DNA of 64,000 nucleotides from a virus. Taxonomy: Duplodnaviria > Caudoviricetes. Shown here piece by piece: positions 19,949 to 29,070 of this stretch. The notes under the pieces are model-generated. The model was not told the DNA's origin. It was given only the letters and a program-made list of their open reading frames with translations, and did not search any database. Position numbers and translations under genes: made by a program. The DNA is taken from the IMG/VR virus record IMGVR_UViG_3300042260_000337; one strand, written 5' to 3'. Each line of letters starts with the position of its first letter. Positions within the stretch are counted from its first letter, which is position 1.

Positions 19949-21257
19949 TAGATTGCATTGCCCAATGAGTTATGCGGTGTATAAGTTCCAACCAGAAATT
20001 GGAGAATTTTCCGCTTGCTGTGACGCAGTTGTGTATAAATTCAATAAAGACTGGTTTGAAGAATTGGGGCCAGATTATTTTGAAAAGTTTCCAACTCTTA
20101 TCGACCGTAAAAAAGCATTATACAATGACGAGCGGCACATTGACTGCAAGCAATGTTGGGAAAAAGAAGACATCGGACTTCGTAGTATGCGTCAAATATT
20201 TGGACCACGGTATACGAGTTTACATAATAACCGAAATTTGTTAGTTGACAAGGCATACGTGTCGCGTGTGGAATTATGGATGAACTCTACTTGTAATGTC
20301 GGATGCTTTATGTGCAACTTGGGTAACAGTAACACTCTTCGAAAAATATGGAGTGACACGTTTGATTCAAATGGTCACGATGGAAAAGGGTATGATAGTT
20401 GGATAAACCAAAACAACTACCAAACGGACTATAGAGAAACGTTCACTGGATACATGATAGACTTTGCAGTCAATGCATTAAAAAATGCAGAGCATGGAAT
20501 GAATATCGCTTATTTGGGTGGAGAGCCGACACTTCACAATGAAATGTATGACCATGCTGACATTTTTATTGAGGCAGCAAAAGAAAATGTGAAACTAGGA
20601 AAAGATTTCATAATACAGATTGTGACAAATGGAACTAGTAAACCAAAATTGAACGAACGGTTCATGGGGATGTTTCAGAAGTATAAAGAAGCTGGTTGGA
20701 ATACATCCATAATGTTGAGCCAAGATGCGGCAGACAAATATGTTGATGTGCGACATGGTTCAGACTTCAACGCAATAAAAAACAATTTTTCATCTTGGAT
20801 ATCTGCCAATAGCCTTATTGACAGCATAAAAAGTCATACGGTAATTAGTAATTTGAACCTTCCGTATATGGACAACATGGCAAGATACTTGCATGATACC
20901 ATTTTAAATAATTACATTGGCGATAGAGAATTAGAAATAAACTTTAATACATTGACACATCCTAAATGGATGCATTTAAAATATCTTCCACGAAAATATG
21001 CTGAAACTCAGATACTAAATGCAAAAGATATTCTGACAACGGTAAAATCTGAATTTGGTATAAGGATTAACACAGAAGTATTTGATGAGATATTAAGAGT
21101 ATTGCCCGAACAAATATCCCAAGACGATGCAGAAATGATTTTTTCTAAATACAAATATGTTGCAGCACAATACAAAAAAGTGTATAATGGTTGGGATTTC
21201 TTTGAAACATTTGAACACTTAAAACCATTTGCAGAAGAGTATGGAATAGATATATGA
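19941..21257 (+). CDS. Radical SAM protein with N-terminal twitch-like domain
   Basis: HC...ACC...CKQC; CNVGCFMC; LGGEPT. Confidence 0.88.
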   Translation: MTDRLHCPMSYAVYKFQPEIGEFSACCDAVVYKFNKDWFEELGPDYFEKFPTLIDRKKALYNDERHIDCKQCWEKEDIGLRSMRQIFGPRYTSLHNNRNLLVDKAYVSRVELWMNSTCNVGCFMCNLGNSNTLRKIWSDTFDSNGHDGKGYDSWINQNNYQTDYRETFTGYMIDFAVNALKNAEHGMNIAYLGGEPTLHNEMYDHADIFIEAAKENVKLGKDFIIQIVTNGTSKPKLNERFMGMFQKYKEAGWNTSIMLSQDAADKYVDVRHGSDFNAIKNNFSSWISANSLIDSIKSHTVISNLNLPYMDNMARYLHDTILNNYIGDRELEINFNTLTHPKWMHLKYLPRKYAETQILNAKDILTTVKSEFGIRINTEVFDEILRVLPEQISQDDAEMIFSKYKYVAAQYKKVYNGWDFFETFEHLKPFAEEYGIDI

Positions 21258-22465
21258 GTTTTTGCGCTATAAACGACAAAACCGAAAAGAAACTGATGGT
21301 GATATGGGACTTAGGCAGAAAATGCACATATGCCTGTAGCTATTGCCCGCCACATAGAAAGAATAGTTGGAGTGCGGTTGCAAGTTTTGAAGAACTGAAA
21401 AAGACCGCTGATGACTTGGAGCGATACAGCGAGTTGTTGAATGAGTATCGAGACACTCCGTTTCGAGTCTCTGCCAGCTTCACTGGCGGCGAACCAACAG
21501 TAAACCCTGCGTTCTTTGATTTCTTGGTATACCTTCAGGAAAAATACCCACACTGGAACCGAACACTGACCACCAACGGATTTTACTCAGAGAGAAAACT
21601 TCGTTTGGTTATGAAGAACACTAACTTCACAACCCTAAGTTACCACTGTGAAGGCTCACCCGAACAAAAGAAGCGTGTCCGAGAAAACATCAAGATTATG
21701 GTGGAAGAAGGATACGGCTTCAAGGTAAACGTTATGTTTCATGAGCGCCAAGATTATTTTGATGAGTGCGTTGAACTCTGTAAATGGTTTGACGAAATGG
21801 GTGTGAAGTATATCCCGCGTATTATTGGTGACCAAGGCGACATCAAACAAGGTCTAAAAGACAAGACAGTTCATACATATACCGCCGACCAAATGAAATG
21901 GTTTACTGACTATTGGAATGCCAAAAATGGCAAGAAGGTGGAAAGTAAAATCGGCATACCAAACGAAAAGGTAGTGGGACAGACTATCGGACGCCCATGC
22001 TGCGGCGATAGGAAGATGGAAATTCTTGACAACGATGAATGGGTCCAAACTAAGTTTATCACCAACAACAACTTCCAAGGATGGAGTTGTATGATTAACT
22101 GGTATTTCCTGTATATTCACCAAGAGATCGACAAGATTTGGTTTCACCAGACTTGTCAAGTGAATCTTAATGGCGAAGTGAACCCCATATGCAACGTGAG
22201 TAATTTTGGGACTTTTATTGATGGCATGGAAACTCAAATGAAATCTGGTAGCATACCTTACATACGATGCCCAAAGACACACTGTGGTTGCGGTCTATGC
22301 GTTCCGAAAGCAAAAACAAATGATGTTGCGTTGGCACTATTCAAGTCTCATACAAAGAATATACAGCCTGAACTTATGGAAACAAAAGACCATCAAAATG
22401 ATTTGGGTTCGCTGAAGCACATGGTTGAATTGTATGACAAATCAAATGGCAACGAGACAATATAA
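21254..22465 (+). CDS. Radical SAM protein with C-terminal Cys cluster
   Basis: CTYACSYC, TGGEPT; GWSC...TC...CPKTHCGCGLC. Confidence 0.9.
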   Translation: MSFCAINDKTEKKLMVIWDLGRKCTYACSYCPPHRKNSWSAVASFEELKKTADDLERYSELLNEYRDTPFRVSASFTGGEPTVNPAFFDFLVYLQEKYPHWNRTLTTNGFYSERKLRLVMKNTNFTTLSYHCEGSPEQKKRVRENIKIMVEEGYGFKVNVMFHERQDYFDECVELCKWFDEMGVKYIPRIIGDQGDIKQGLKDKTVHTYTADQMKWFTDYWNAKNGKKVESKIGIPNEKVVGQTIGRPCCGDRKMEILDNDEWVQTKFITNNNFQGWSCMINWYFLYIHQEIDKIWFHQTCQVNLNGEVNPICNVSNFGTFIDGMETQMKSGSIPYIRCPKTHCGCGLCVPKAKTNDVALALFKSHTKNIQPELMETKDHQNDLGSLKHMVELYDKSNGNETI

Positions 22466-22476
22466 TAGGAGATAGG

Positions 22477-23178
22477 ATGATACTTGAATGCGAAATATCT
22501 GGGCAAAAGATTGACTTTGATATACCAGAAAAATATAAGAAGATAGGCGTAAATTGTAGTGGCGGCGCAGACAGTAGTATTCTCCTGTTGATGGTAATTC
22601 AATACCTTGTTGATAACAACCGAACTGATACTACGGTATCCGTTACAACTTGTTCTAATGACAAGAAGGGTAGATGGAACGGTAGACGTGCTGCTGATGT
22701 AATTGAATACGCAATGAACAAGACCAAGTTTCAAAACTTCGATTTGCATTATACATATTATCGTGACGTTCAAGACGAGAAATACTTTCATGAGGTAGAA
22801 AACAAGCTATTTTCTGATGGCAGAGTAGATATGTTCGTTAGTGGAATAACGAGTAACCCACCTATCGGGGAAACGGTTGAAAACATCAAAGGTCAGACGA
22901 TTGTGTTGTCTGATGATATGCTTCCGTCTAGGAATGGCACTAACCACCAACTATGGTATTACGATAATGCAAAAGCATTTTACACTCCATATGCCAACGT
23001 TGATAAAAGATTTGTCGCGTCTATGTATAATAAATATGACGCAAATGATTTGTTTGATTTGACTCGTAGTTGTGAGTCAATCCCCGACGAAGGGGAAGAC
23101 ATATCAGTTTTTGAAAAGACACCATGTGGTAAGTGCTGGTGGTGTTTAGAACGTAAATGGGCATTTGGGAGATTCTAA
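22477..23178 (+). CDS. QueC-like PP-loop ATPase, copy 1
   Basis: SGGADSS PP-loop; TRSCE...PCGKCWWCLER Zn site. Confidence 0.8.
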   Translation: MILECEISGQKIDFDIPEKYKKIGVNCSGGADSSILLLMVIQYLVDNNRTDTTVSVTTCSNDKKGRWNGRRAADVIEYAMNKTKFQNFDLHYTYYRDVQDEKYFHEVENKLFSDGRVDMFVSGITSNPPIGETVENIKGQTIVLSDDMLPSRNGTNHQLWYYDNAKAFYTPYANVDKRFVASMYNKYDANDLFDLTRSCESIPDEGEDISVFEKTPCGKCWWCLERKWAFGRF

Positions 23179-23891
23179 TGAGTTTGGTTCTTACAGGAAA
23201 AAGTGGAGAGACCGTAGAAATCGTTCTACTTCCGAAATACAAAAAGGTTGCAGTAAATTGTAGCGGCGGTGCAGATAGTAGTATACTCCTATATATTCTT
23301 GCCAAATACATAAAGGATAACAATCTTGATGTCAAGTTGAGTGTGTTGACATGCAGCACCGATGTAAAAGATCGTTGGACTGGCAGAAAAGCAGAACTTG
23401 TTACCAATTACATAATTGAAAATGTTGGTTCTGGAATAATAGATATGCATTATATCTATTTCAGAGAACGACCAAAACTTGAAGATTTCCATGAAATAGA
23501 AAATTCGTTGTTTTCTGATGGTAGAGCGCACCTAATCGTAAGTGGTATAACATCGAACCCGCCAGATGGGGCATCGGTAGAAGATATTGACGGCAACACA
23601 ATAGACTTGTCTTTGGGAGCGCAAGCAAACAGAAATGGGTCGGACCATGACATATGGCATATTTCTACCGATGGCAAAGGAGACTTTTGGAGTCCATTTG
23701 CGAATGTGGATAAGAAGTTCATAGCAGACCAGTATGATGCGTATGGAGTGAGAGACACGCTTCTTCCTCTCACACGAAGCTGCGAAAAGAAAACTCCATT
23801 GGATGCAAAGTTTGACCCAATGTTTGAGGAAACTCCTTGTGGCATTTGTTGGTGGTGCTTAGAACGAAAGTGGGCATTCGGGTATTTCTGA
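23178..23891 (+). CDS. QueC-like PP-loop ATPase, copy 2
   Basis: Start refined to ATG 23178 (TAATG coupling); SGGADSS; TRSCE...PCGICWWCLER; clear tandem paralog of copy 1. Confidence 0.8.
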   Translation: MSLVLTGKSGETVEIVLLPKYKKVAVNCSGGADSSILLYILAKYIKDNNLDVKLSVLTCSTDVKDRWTGRKAELVTNYIIENVGSGIIDMHYIYFRERPKLEDFHEIENSLFSDGRAHLIVSGITSNPPDGASVEDIDGNTIDLSLGAQANRNGSDHDIWHISTDGKGDFWSPFANVDKKFIADQYDAYGVRDTLLPLTRSCEKKTPLDAKFDPMFEETPCGICWWCLERKWAFGYF

Positions 23892-25096
23892 TGACTGATA
23901 AGCGTTATGTATGCAGCAAAATGTTCACAGATATGAACATAAAATTTCCATATAACTGTGTGAAAAATTGCTGCAAATCCAACGATTATGTATCTTCGGT
24001 AGAAGATTTGAAGTCTGATGATTTTTTTATTTTCAACACCGAATATATGCGCCGTAAAAAAGACATGGTTCTGAATAACCAACTTCCAACTGGTGGATGT
24101 GATACATGTATAAAAATGGGAGACCACAGTTTATTTGAAGAATGGAACGTGTGGGGACGTGATATGCAAGATGATCACGACATACTAGTAGATGATATGT
24201 TCAATACATACGAAATGGTGTTATCTAGTGCATGTGATTTGAAATGCATTTATTGTTCACCTAAAGATAGTTCAAGTTGGGCGAAAGAAAAGGGTGTTCC
24301 GCAAAACAAAGGAAATGATGAATGGAAACACCTAGTTATTTCTAAATTAATCTCATCATTGAAAACAAAAGTATTCAGAGACGATAACATATATACATTT
24401 TTTTTCAGTGGCGGCGAACCAACATATAACCCAGAAACATTGGATTTTGTGAATGAAATATTAAAATATGTTCCAACCGACCGAACACGAATTTGTATAA
24501 GCACCAATGCAAATACCAAACCTAAAGTATTCAAAAAATACTTGGATGCTATACAATCCGACTTGAGCGTGAATTGGATATTTGATTGCAGTATAGATGG
24601 AATCAAAGAAGTATGCGAGGCAATAAGATACGGTATTTCTTGGAACACAGCAATTAAAAACATAGAAGTATTACTTCAACAGCCAAACGTAACGGTCAGA
24701 ATATCTCCGACCGTAAATCTATACAGTGTTCCAACTATGAATGAATATATCAAATATTTTATTGAATTATTTGACAAATATGGTAAAATACATCACGAGA
24801 TGTTTAATTACAATATGGCACAAGAGTCGGGAATGTCTCCTGCTAACTTACCATCAGGGTATAAAAAATGTCTTGATGAACCAATTGAACAATTGAAAGA
24901 ATTGGGCATATCTTATTATGAACATTTAGAAAATGTAAGAAATATAATAGGAACTGACCACAACGAATATAAAACACAATGTATGAAAACTACATTTGAA
25001 TATTTCAAAACAAAACGCCCAACCACTAATTGGGAGGAATTATTTCCTCACATAGTAGATATAATAGGAAAAAATGACGGAAATAAACAAAGATAG
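23891..25096 (+). CDS. Radical SAM protein with N-terminal twitch-like domain
   Basis: Start refined to ATG 23891 (TGATG coupling); VC...NCC...CDTC; CDLKCIYC; SGGEPT. Confidence 0.88.
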   Translation: MTDKRYVCSKMFTDMNIKFPYNCVKNCCKSNDYVSSVEDLKSDDFFIFNTEYMRRKKDMVLNNQLPTGGCDTCIKMGDHSLFEEWNVWGRDMQDDHDILVDDMFNTYEMVLSSACDLKCIYCSPKDSSSWAKEKGVPQNKGNDEWKHLVISKLISSLKTKVFRDDNIYTFFFSGGEPTYNPETLDFVNEILKYVPTDRTRICISTNANTKPKVFKKYLDAIQSDLSVNWIFDCSIDGIKEVCEAIRYGISWNTAIKNIEVLLQQPNVTVRISPTVNLYSVPTMNEYIKYFIELFDKYGKIHHEMFNYNMAQESGMSPANLPSGYKKCLDEPIEQLKELGISYYEHLENVRNIIGTDHNEYKTQCMKTTFEYFKTKRPTTNWEELFPHIVDIIGKNDGNKQR

Positions 25097-26243
25097 TCTG
25101 TATTGGTCGCAATACGATTTTACAAAAATACCATTTGACGACTTAGTTTCAGTGGGACAGAGAACCCTTCTCTATCGTGATTTGTTTTCGGTGAGTTGGC
25201 TACTTGGTAGGTTCTGTAACTACAAGTGTTCATATTGCTGGCCATATGCCAGAAGTGACAAAAAGGACCATCGCCCCACTGCCCTCTGTCTAGCTACTAT
25301 AGACGAAATAAAAAGACAGGCCAGAGATAACGGATTCAACAGCTTTCATTTCAGTCTATCGGGTGGCGAACCAACATTCCATCCTGGTTATTTAGATATG
25401 TTGGGTCACCTAGCAAATGATGTAGAAAATACAAACTTTACCAGTATTCATATGACTACAAACATGGCACGTAAGATGGATTGGCATCAAAAATATTGTG
25501 ATATTGCGGCTAAATTCAATCGTGCATCAATCACTGCGAGTTACCATAGTGAGTTCGCAGATAAAGACGAGTTCGTAGATAAACTGCATTTGTGTATGGA
25601 GCACGATGTTCAGGTAACAATCAATATGGTGTTGGTGCCTGAATGGTTTGATAGAGACTGGCAGAACGCACTGTATTTTCATGAGCGTGGAATAAACGTC
25701 ACGTTGAAACCACAAAGTGATACATCGGCCAGTAGGGTAGTAGATGGATACACGCCAGAACAACTTGCTATCATGCGCAATGGAATGCCCCAGAGAGACT
25801 ATACGAAGGCCATACAAGAGCAACGTGGCATCAAGGTAGTCAGACCCACACCGAAGCTAGGAAGCCTCTGGAAAGCCGATATGGAAGCAGGAGACGATAA
25901 GTCAGTTCCAGCTATGATGCAAGTTGAGTTTCAAGATAGCACTGGACAGAAGTGGTATATGGACCAAGCAGAACGATTCAATGCTTTTGGCTTCAACAAA
26001 TTCAAAGGATGGGAATGTTCTAGTGGATTTCGTGGCATCATCATCCGTGAGCCTGATGGGTCAATAAAGCGTTCATATAGCTGTTCTGACGAACCCCTTG
26101 GGTATATTGAAAGCGGGTTCAAGTTATTTGATTCCCCGAAACCTTGCATAAGTGAAAGCTGTGTATCAAGTGCAGATAGTAAAATACCGAAACGAAAGCC
26201 GGGAGCGAAAATTCCACTGTATCCAAAAGACCCTATAAAGTAA
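25074..26243 (+). CDS. Radical SAM protein with C-terminal Cys cluster
   Basis: CNYKCSYC, SGGEPT; GWEC...SC...CISESC. Confidence 0.9.
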   Translation: MTEINKDSLYWSQYDFTKIPFDDLVSVGQRTLLYRDLFSVSWLLGRFCNYKCSYCWPYARSDKKDHRPTALCLATIDEIKRQARDNGFNSFHFSLSGGEPTFHPGYLDMLGHLANDVENTNFTSIHMTTNMARKMDWHQKYCDIAAKFNRASITASYHSEFADKDEFVDKLHLCMEHDVQVTINMVLVPEWFDRDWQNALYFHERGINVTLKPQSDTSASRVVDGYTPEQLAIMRNGMPQRDYTKAIQEQRGIKVVRPTPKLGSLWKADMEAGDDKSVPAMMQVEFQDSTGQKWYMDQAERFNAFGFNKFKGWECSSGFRGIIIREPDGSIKRSYSCSDEPLGYIESGFKLFDSPKPCISESCVSSADSKIPKRKPGAKIPLYPKDPIK

Positions 26244-26269
26244 AAAGACCCCCAATTGGGGGTCTTTTT
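26242..26269. terminator. Bidirectional intrinsic terminator
   Basis: aaaaagaccccc-aatt-gggggtcttttt between the convergent radical SAM operon and thyA. Confidence 0.9.
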
Positions 26270-27144
26270 TATACTGCCATTTCTGCTTTGATGAATGGAT
26301 GTGGGTCATATCCTTCTATAGAGAAATGTTCCATTTTGAAATCATCGATATTCTTGATTGATGGGTCGATGATAAGTTTTGGAAATGGCATAGATTCTCT
26401 ATCAAGTTGGGTATTTACTGCATCAATATGATTTTCATATATATGCCCATCCCCAATGACGTGAACAAACTCACCAACTTTCAAATCACAAACCTGTGCA
26501 ATCATATGTGTCAACAATGAGTATGAAGCAATGTTGAACGGAACGCCAAGAAACAAATCAGCACTTCTTTGATACAGGCTACACGACAATTCCCCAAAGT
26601 TTGATACATAAAACTGAGAAAAGGTGTGGCATGGTGGTAGTGCCATCTTACCGATATCGGATACATTCCATGCGGATAGAAGATGTCGGCGGGATTGTGG
26701 ATTTTTTTTGATACCATCAATCAACATAGCAAGTTGGTCAATACCATTCCAATTACGCCATTGGACACCATATACAGGACCAAGTTTCTTTACTGTGTCC
26801 GTGTTTTCGTATCCCAGTGCTTTGCCCTGTTCATCGGCATTTGCAGTCCATATGGTGGTTTTACCTATTAGATTTTCTCTTGGTTCTCCATAATGGATTT
26901 CTGCCAGTCTGCGTTCATCATCGGACCCTTCAATGAACCACAGAAGTTCACTCAAAACGCTTTTGAAATTTACTTTTTTTGTAGTAAGTAAGGGGAAACC
27001 TCGGCGTAAGTCAAAGTTCATGGTTGTCATAAATCTTGAAATGGTGCCAACCCCAGTTCTTTCTTTGTCTCTGGTTTCCCCCGTATGGAGTGTAGTATGA
27101 AGAAGATCAAGATACATATCTTCTTCCCAGTTTGTATTTGACAT
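26269..27144 (-). CDS. thyA: Thymidylate synthase
   Basis: RTGVGT, FPLLTTK, ELLWF, GPVYGVQWR, ALPPCH, YQRSADLFLGVPFN. Confidence 0.98.
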   Translation of the reverse strand: MSNTNWEEDMYLDLLHTTLHTGETRDKERTGVGTISRFMTTMNFDLRRGFPLLTTKKVNFKSVLSELLWFIEGSDDERRLAEIHYGEPRENLIGKTTIWTANADEQGKALGYENTDTVKKLGPVYGVQWRNWNGIDQLAMLIDGIKKNPQSRRHLLSAWNVSDIGKMALPPCHTFSQFYVSNFGELSCSLYQRSADLFLGVPFNIASYSLLTHMIAQVCDLKVGEFVHVIGDGHIYENHIDAVNTQLDRESMPFPKLIIDPSIKNIDDFKMEHFSIEGYDPHPFIKAEMAV

Positions 27145-27153
27145 ATATTCCTC

Positions 27154-27477
27154 TTATTCTTTTGGTAGTTTACCTTGGTCATTATCTCCAAAGTGTGCGG
27201 ATAACAACCGCTTCACATTGAATATAACACTGTCTTGGATTAGTGGAACGTTCACCAATACTTCAATATCTTCAATTTGGTCATGTTGATGTGCCACTTT
27301 TTCCCAATTTAGATTTCCAGTCATTGGCAATGGTTTTAGTAGTTCTTCGCCAGATAACGATATTTCGCCGCCATTTTTTAGTTTTACAACGATTTCTCTG
27401 ACAAACGAATTAGGAATGCTCAGTGGCATGATTTCTTCCATAATACGTTCAAATTCGGACTCTCTATCGAATTCCAT
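27154..27477 (-). CDS. Hypothetical protein (107 aa)
   Basis: ORF with RBS AGGAG. Confidence 0.7.
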   Translation of the reverse strand: MEFDRESEFERIMEEIMPLSIPNSFVREIVVKLKNGGEISLSGEELLKPLPMTGNLNWEKVAHQHDQIEDIEVLVNVPLIQDSVIFNVKRLLSAHFGDNDQGKLPKE

Positions 27478-27489
27478 GTAGTGTCTCCT

Positions 27490-27524
27490 AATAATAAGGG
27501 GCGAGAGTTTCGCCCCTTATTATT
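27490..27524. terminator. Hairpin / probable terminator
   Basis: 14-bp perfect inverted repeat aataataaggggcg / cgccccttattatt. Confidence 0.6.
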
Positions 27525-27526
27525 AC

Positions 27527-28153
27527 TTATGCACTTTCGGTAGTCTCTGTTTTTGGTTTTGACGCCTTGCTTCGTTTTGGTTTTTCTGCTGGTTTTAGTT
27601 CAAACGATGCTGGCCTTAGACTTGGGTCATACTTGTATGCTTCTTCTCGTTTACGCTGTGCATCTGCTTCTAGTAGCTGTGCCTGAACGAGTAAGTTCTG
27701 TGCGATTTGACGAGATTCTTCTGATTTGCTTTCTGCAACATTCATATCAATGCGAGATTCAGTTTGAACAGGAGCAGTATTTTCGGTTAGAAGTCCAGCT
27801 TCAATCTTGTGCATCTGTTCAAGGATTTCGTTTAGGGAAACATTAGTCGACGTGTTTGGCGTCATGATGATGTTCTTGGTAGGAATCTTTGATAGTAGAC
27901 CTTCTGTGTGAAGGGTAGTGAGCATCTGCCCGCCATGCCAAAATACTTTGCGCGAAAGGACTTCATACATTTGCTTTGCTGATTGACCCTCATTGGATTC
28001 TACAGCATCCATAAGTGCTTGATGATAACGGTCTGGCAGTGAATCGCTGAATACAACAAGTGCGTTTTCAGGTTCGTCTGGTAGTTCCATGAACACGACT
28101 ACAAGTCGTTGTCCAGTTGCTGCGTGTCTTCCCACGTGTTTCATAAAAGCCAT
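27527..28153 (-). CDS. Hypothetical protein (208 aa; coiled coil, basic tail)
   Basis: ORF coupled (TAATG) to the upstream ORF. Confidence 0.75.
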   Translation of the reverse strand: MAFMKHVGRHAATGQRLVVVFMELPDEPENALVVFSDSLPDRYHQALMDAVESNEGQSAKQMYEVLSRKVFWHGGQMLTTLHTEGLLSKIPTKNIIMTPNTSTNVSLNEILEQMHKIEAGLLTENTAPVQTESRIDMNVAESKSEESRQIAQNLLVQAQLLEADAQRKREEAYKYDPSLRPASFELKPAEKPKRSKASKPKTETTESA

Positions 28154-28389
28154 TACTCAGTGGTTCCCTCTGCTGGTGCGGACACTTCCTGTGTTTCTGC
28201 ATTGGCAGAACGTGCTGCTTGAATAGCATCAAGAAAAGCCCTTAGTTTGTTTACAACTGTGCCAACGGCCTGAAGTTCAGTTGCTTGAAATGCGCCACGT
28301 TTTGCGGCCAAATCAATGATAGCATACGCATTTGCAACATCAGTAATTGTGATGTTGGTATCTGCGGTTTGATTGGTTTCTTCCGACAT
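28153..28389 (-). CDS. Hypothetical protein (78 aa)
   Basis: RBS AAGGAG; downstream of a sigma70-like promoter. Confidence 0.75.
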   Translation of the reverse strand: MSEETNQTADTNITITDVANAYAIIDLAAKRGAFQATELQAVGTVVNKLRAFLDAIQAARSANAETQEVSAPAEGTTE

Positions 28390-28408
28390 TTTATACTCCT
28401 TAGTAATA

Positions 28409-28470
28409 ATTATGGTAATATGAAAACATATTCATATTACCATAATATAAAATTTATGATTGTTTGTCAA
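28409..28470 (-). promoter_or_regulatory. Sigma70-like promoter overlapped by a 16-bp perfect palindrome
   Basis: TTGACA (28470-28465), 17-nt spacer, TATTAT (28447-28442); inverted repeat 28409-28424 / 28431-28446. Confidence 0.6.
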
Positions 28471-28474
28471 GCAA

Positions 28475-29020
28475 TTATGCAACCATATTTACTTTTTCTT
28501 CTGGCCAATTCAAATAGATTAGCCATTCTTTATAACGAACGTTCAGAATTACTGATTTGCTATTCGCAATTTGGAAAAAGTCTGGTTTGGTTGGTTTCTT
28601 TTTAGGAACAATTCTTTCATTGTTACCTTTTTCATGGTTACACCATTTACATGCAGTGACAATGTTTTCCCAGTTGGTTCTTCCGCCCTTGGACTTTGGC
28701 AGAACATGGTCTAACGTCAAATCTTTTGGTTGAAATATGTCACCGCAATATTGGCATATATGCTTGTCTCGTGCAAACACATTACTTCTGTTGAAGTTGA
28801 TTCCTTGCTTTGAACGAGAGATATACTCTCTTGTTGAGACTACACTTGGAACGCGCATGGTTATAGATTGGCTGTGAACTTCCCAATCTGGGTGCCATTC
28901 CAAAACGTTGATGCGGTCAAGAACAAGAAGTTTTATACTTTCTTGCCAAGTCAACGTTGATAAAGGAAGAATGCTTAGTGGTCTTCCATCTGAGTTTAGT
29001 AGTAGTGTATCATTGCTCAT
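28475..29020 (-). CDS. HNH endonuclease
   Basis: RDKHICQYCG, TLDHVLPKSKGG...WENIVTACKWCN; start refined to MSNDTLLLN behind a GATAAATA late motif. Confidence 0.9.
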   Translation of the reverse strand: MSNDTLLLNSDGRPLSILPLSTLTWQESIKLLVLDRINVLEWHPDWEVHSQSITMRVPSVVSTREYISRSKQGINFNRSNVFARDKHICQYCGDIFQPKDLTLDHVLPKSKGGRTNWENIVTACKWCNHEKGNNERIVPKKKPTKPDFFQIANSKSVILNVRYKEWLIYLNWPEEKVNMVA

Positions 29021-29041
29021 AGTAATATTTATCCCTGATTG

Positions 29042-29066
29042 CCAAGGCAATCAGGGATTGCCTTGG
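29042..29066 (-). terminator. Hairpin after VWA gene (probable terminator)
   Basis: ccaaggcaatc-agg-gattgccttgg, 11-bp stem. Confidence 0.5.
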
Positions 29067-29070
29067 GCTT

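Noticed and set aside
22477-23891. 7-deazaguanine DNA modification system
   Set aside because: No folE, queD, clear queE or dpdA in the window, and the context is a late operon; kept only as QueC-like.
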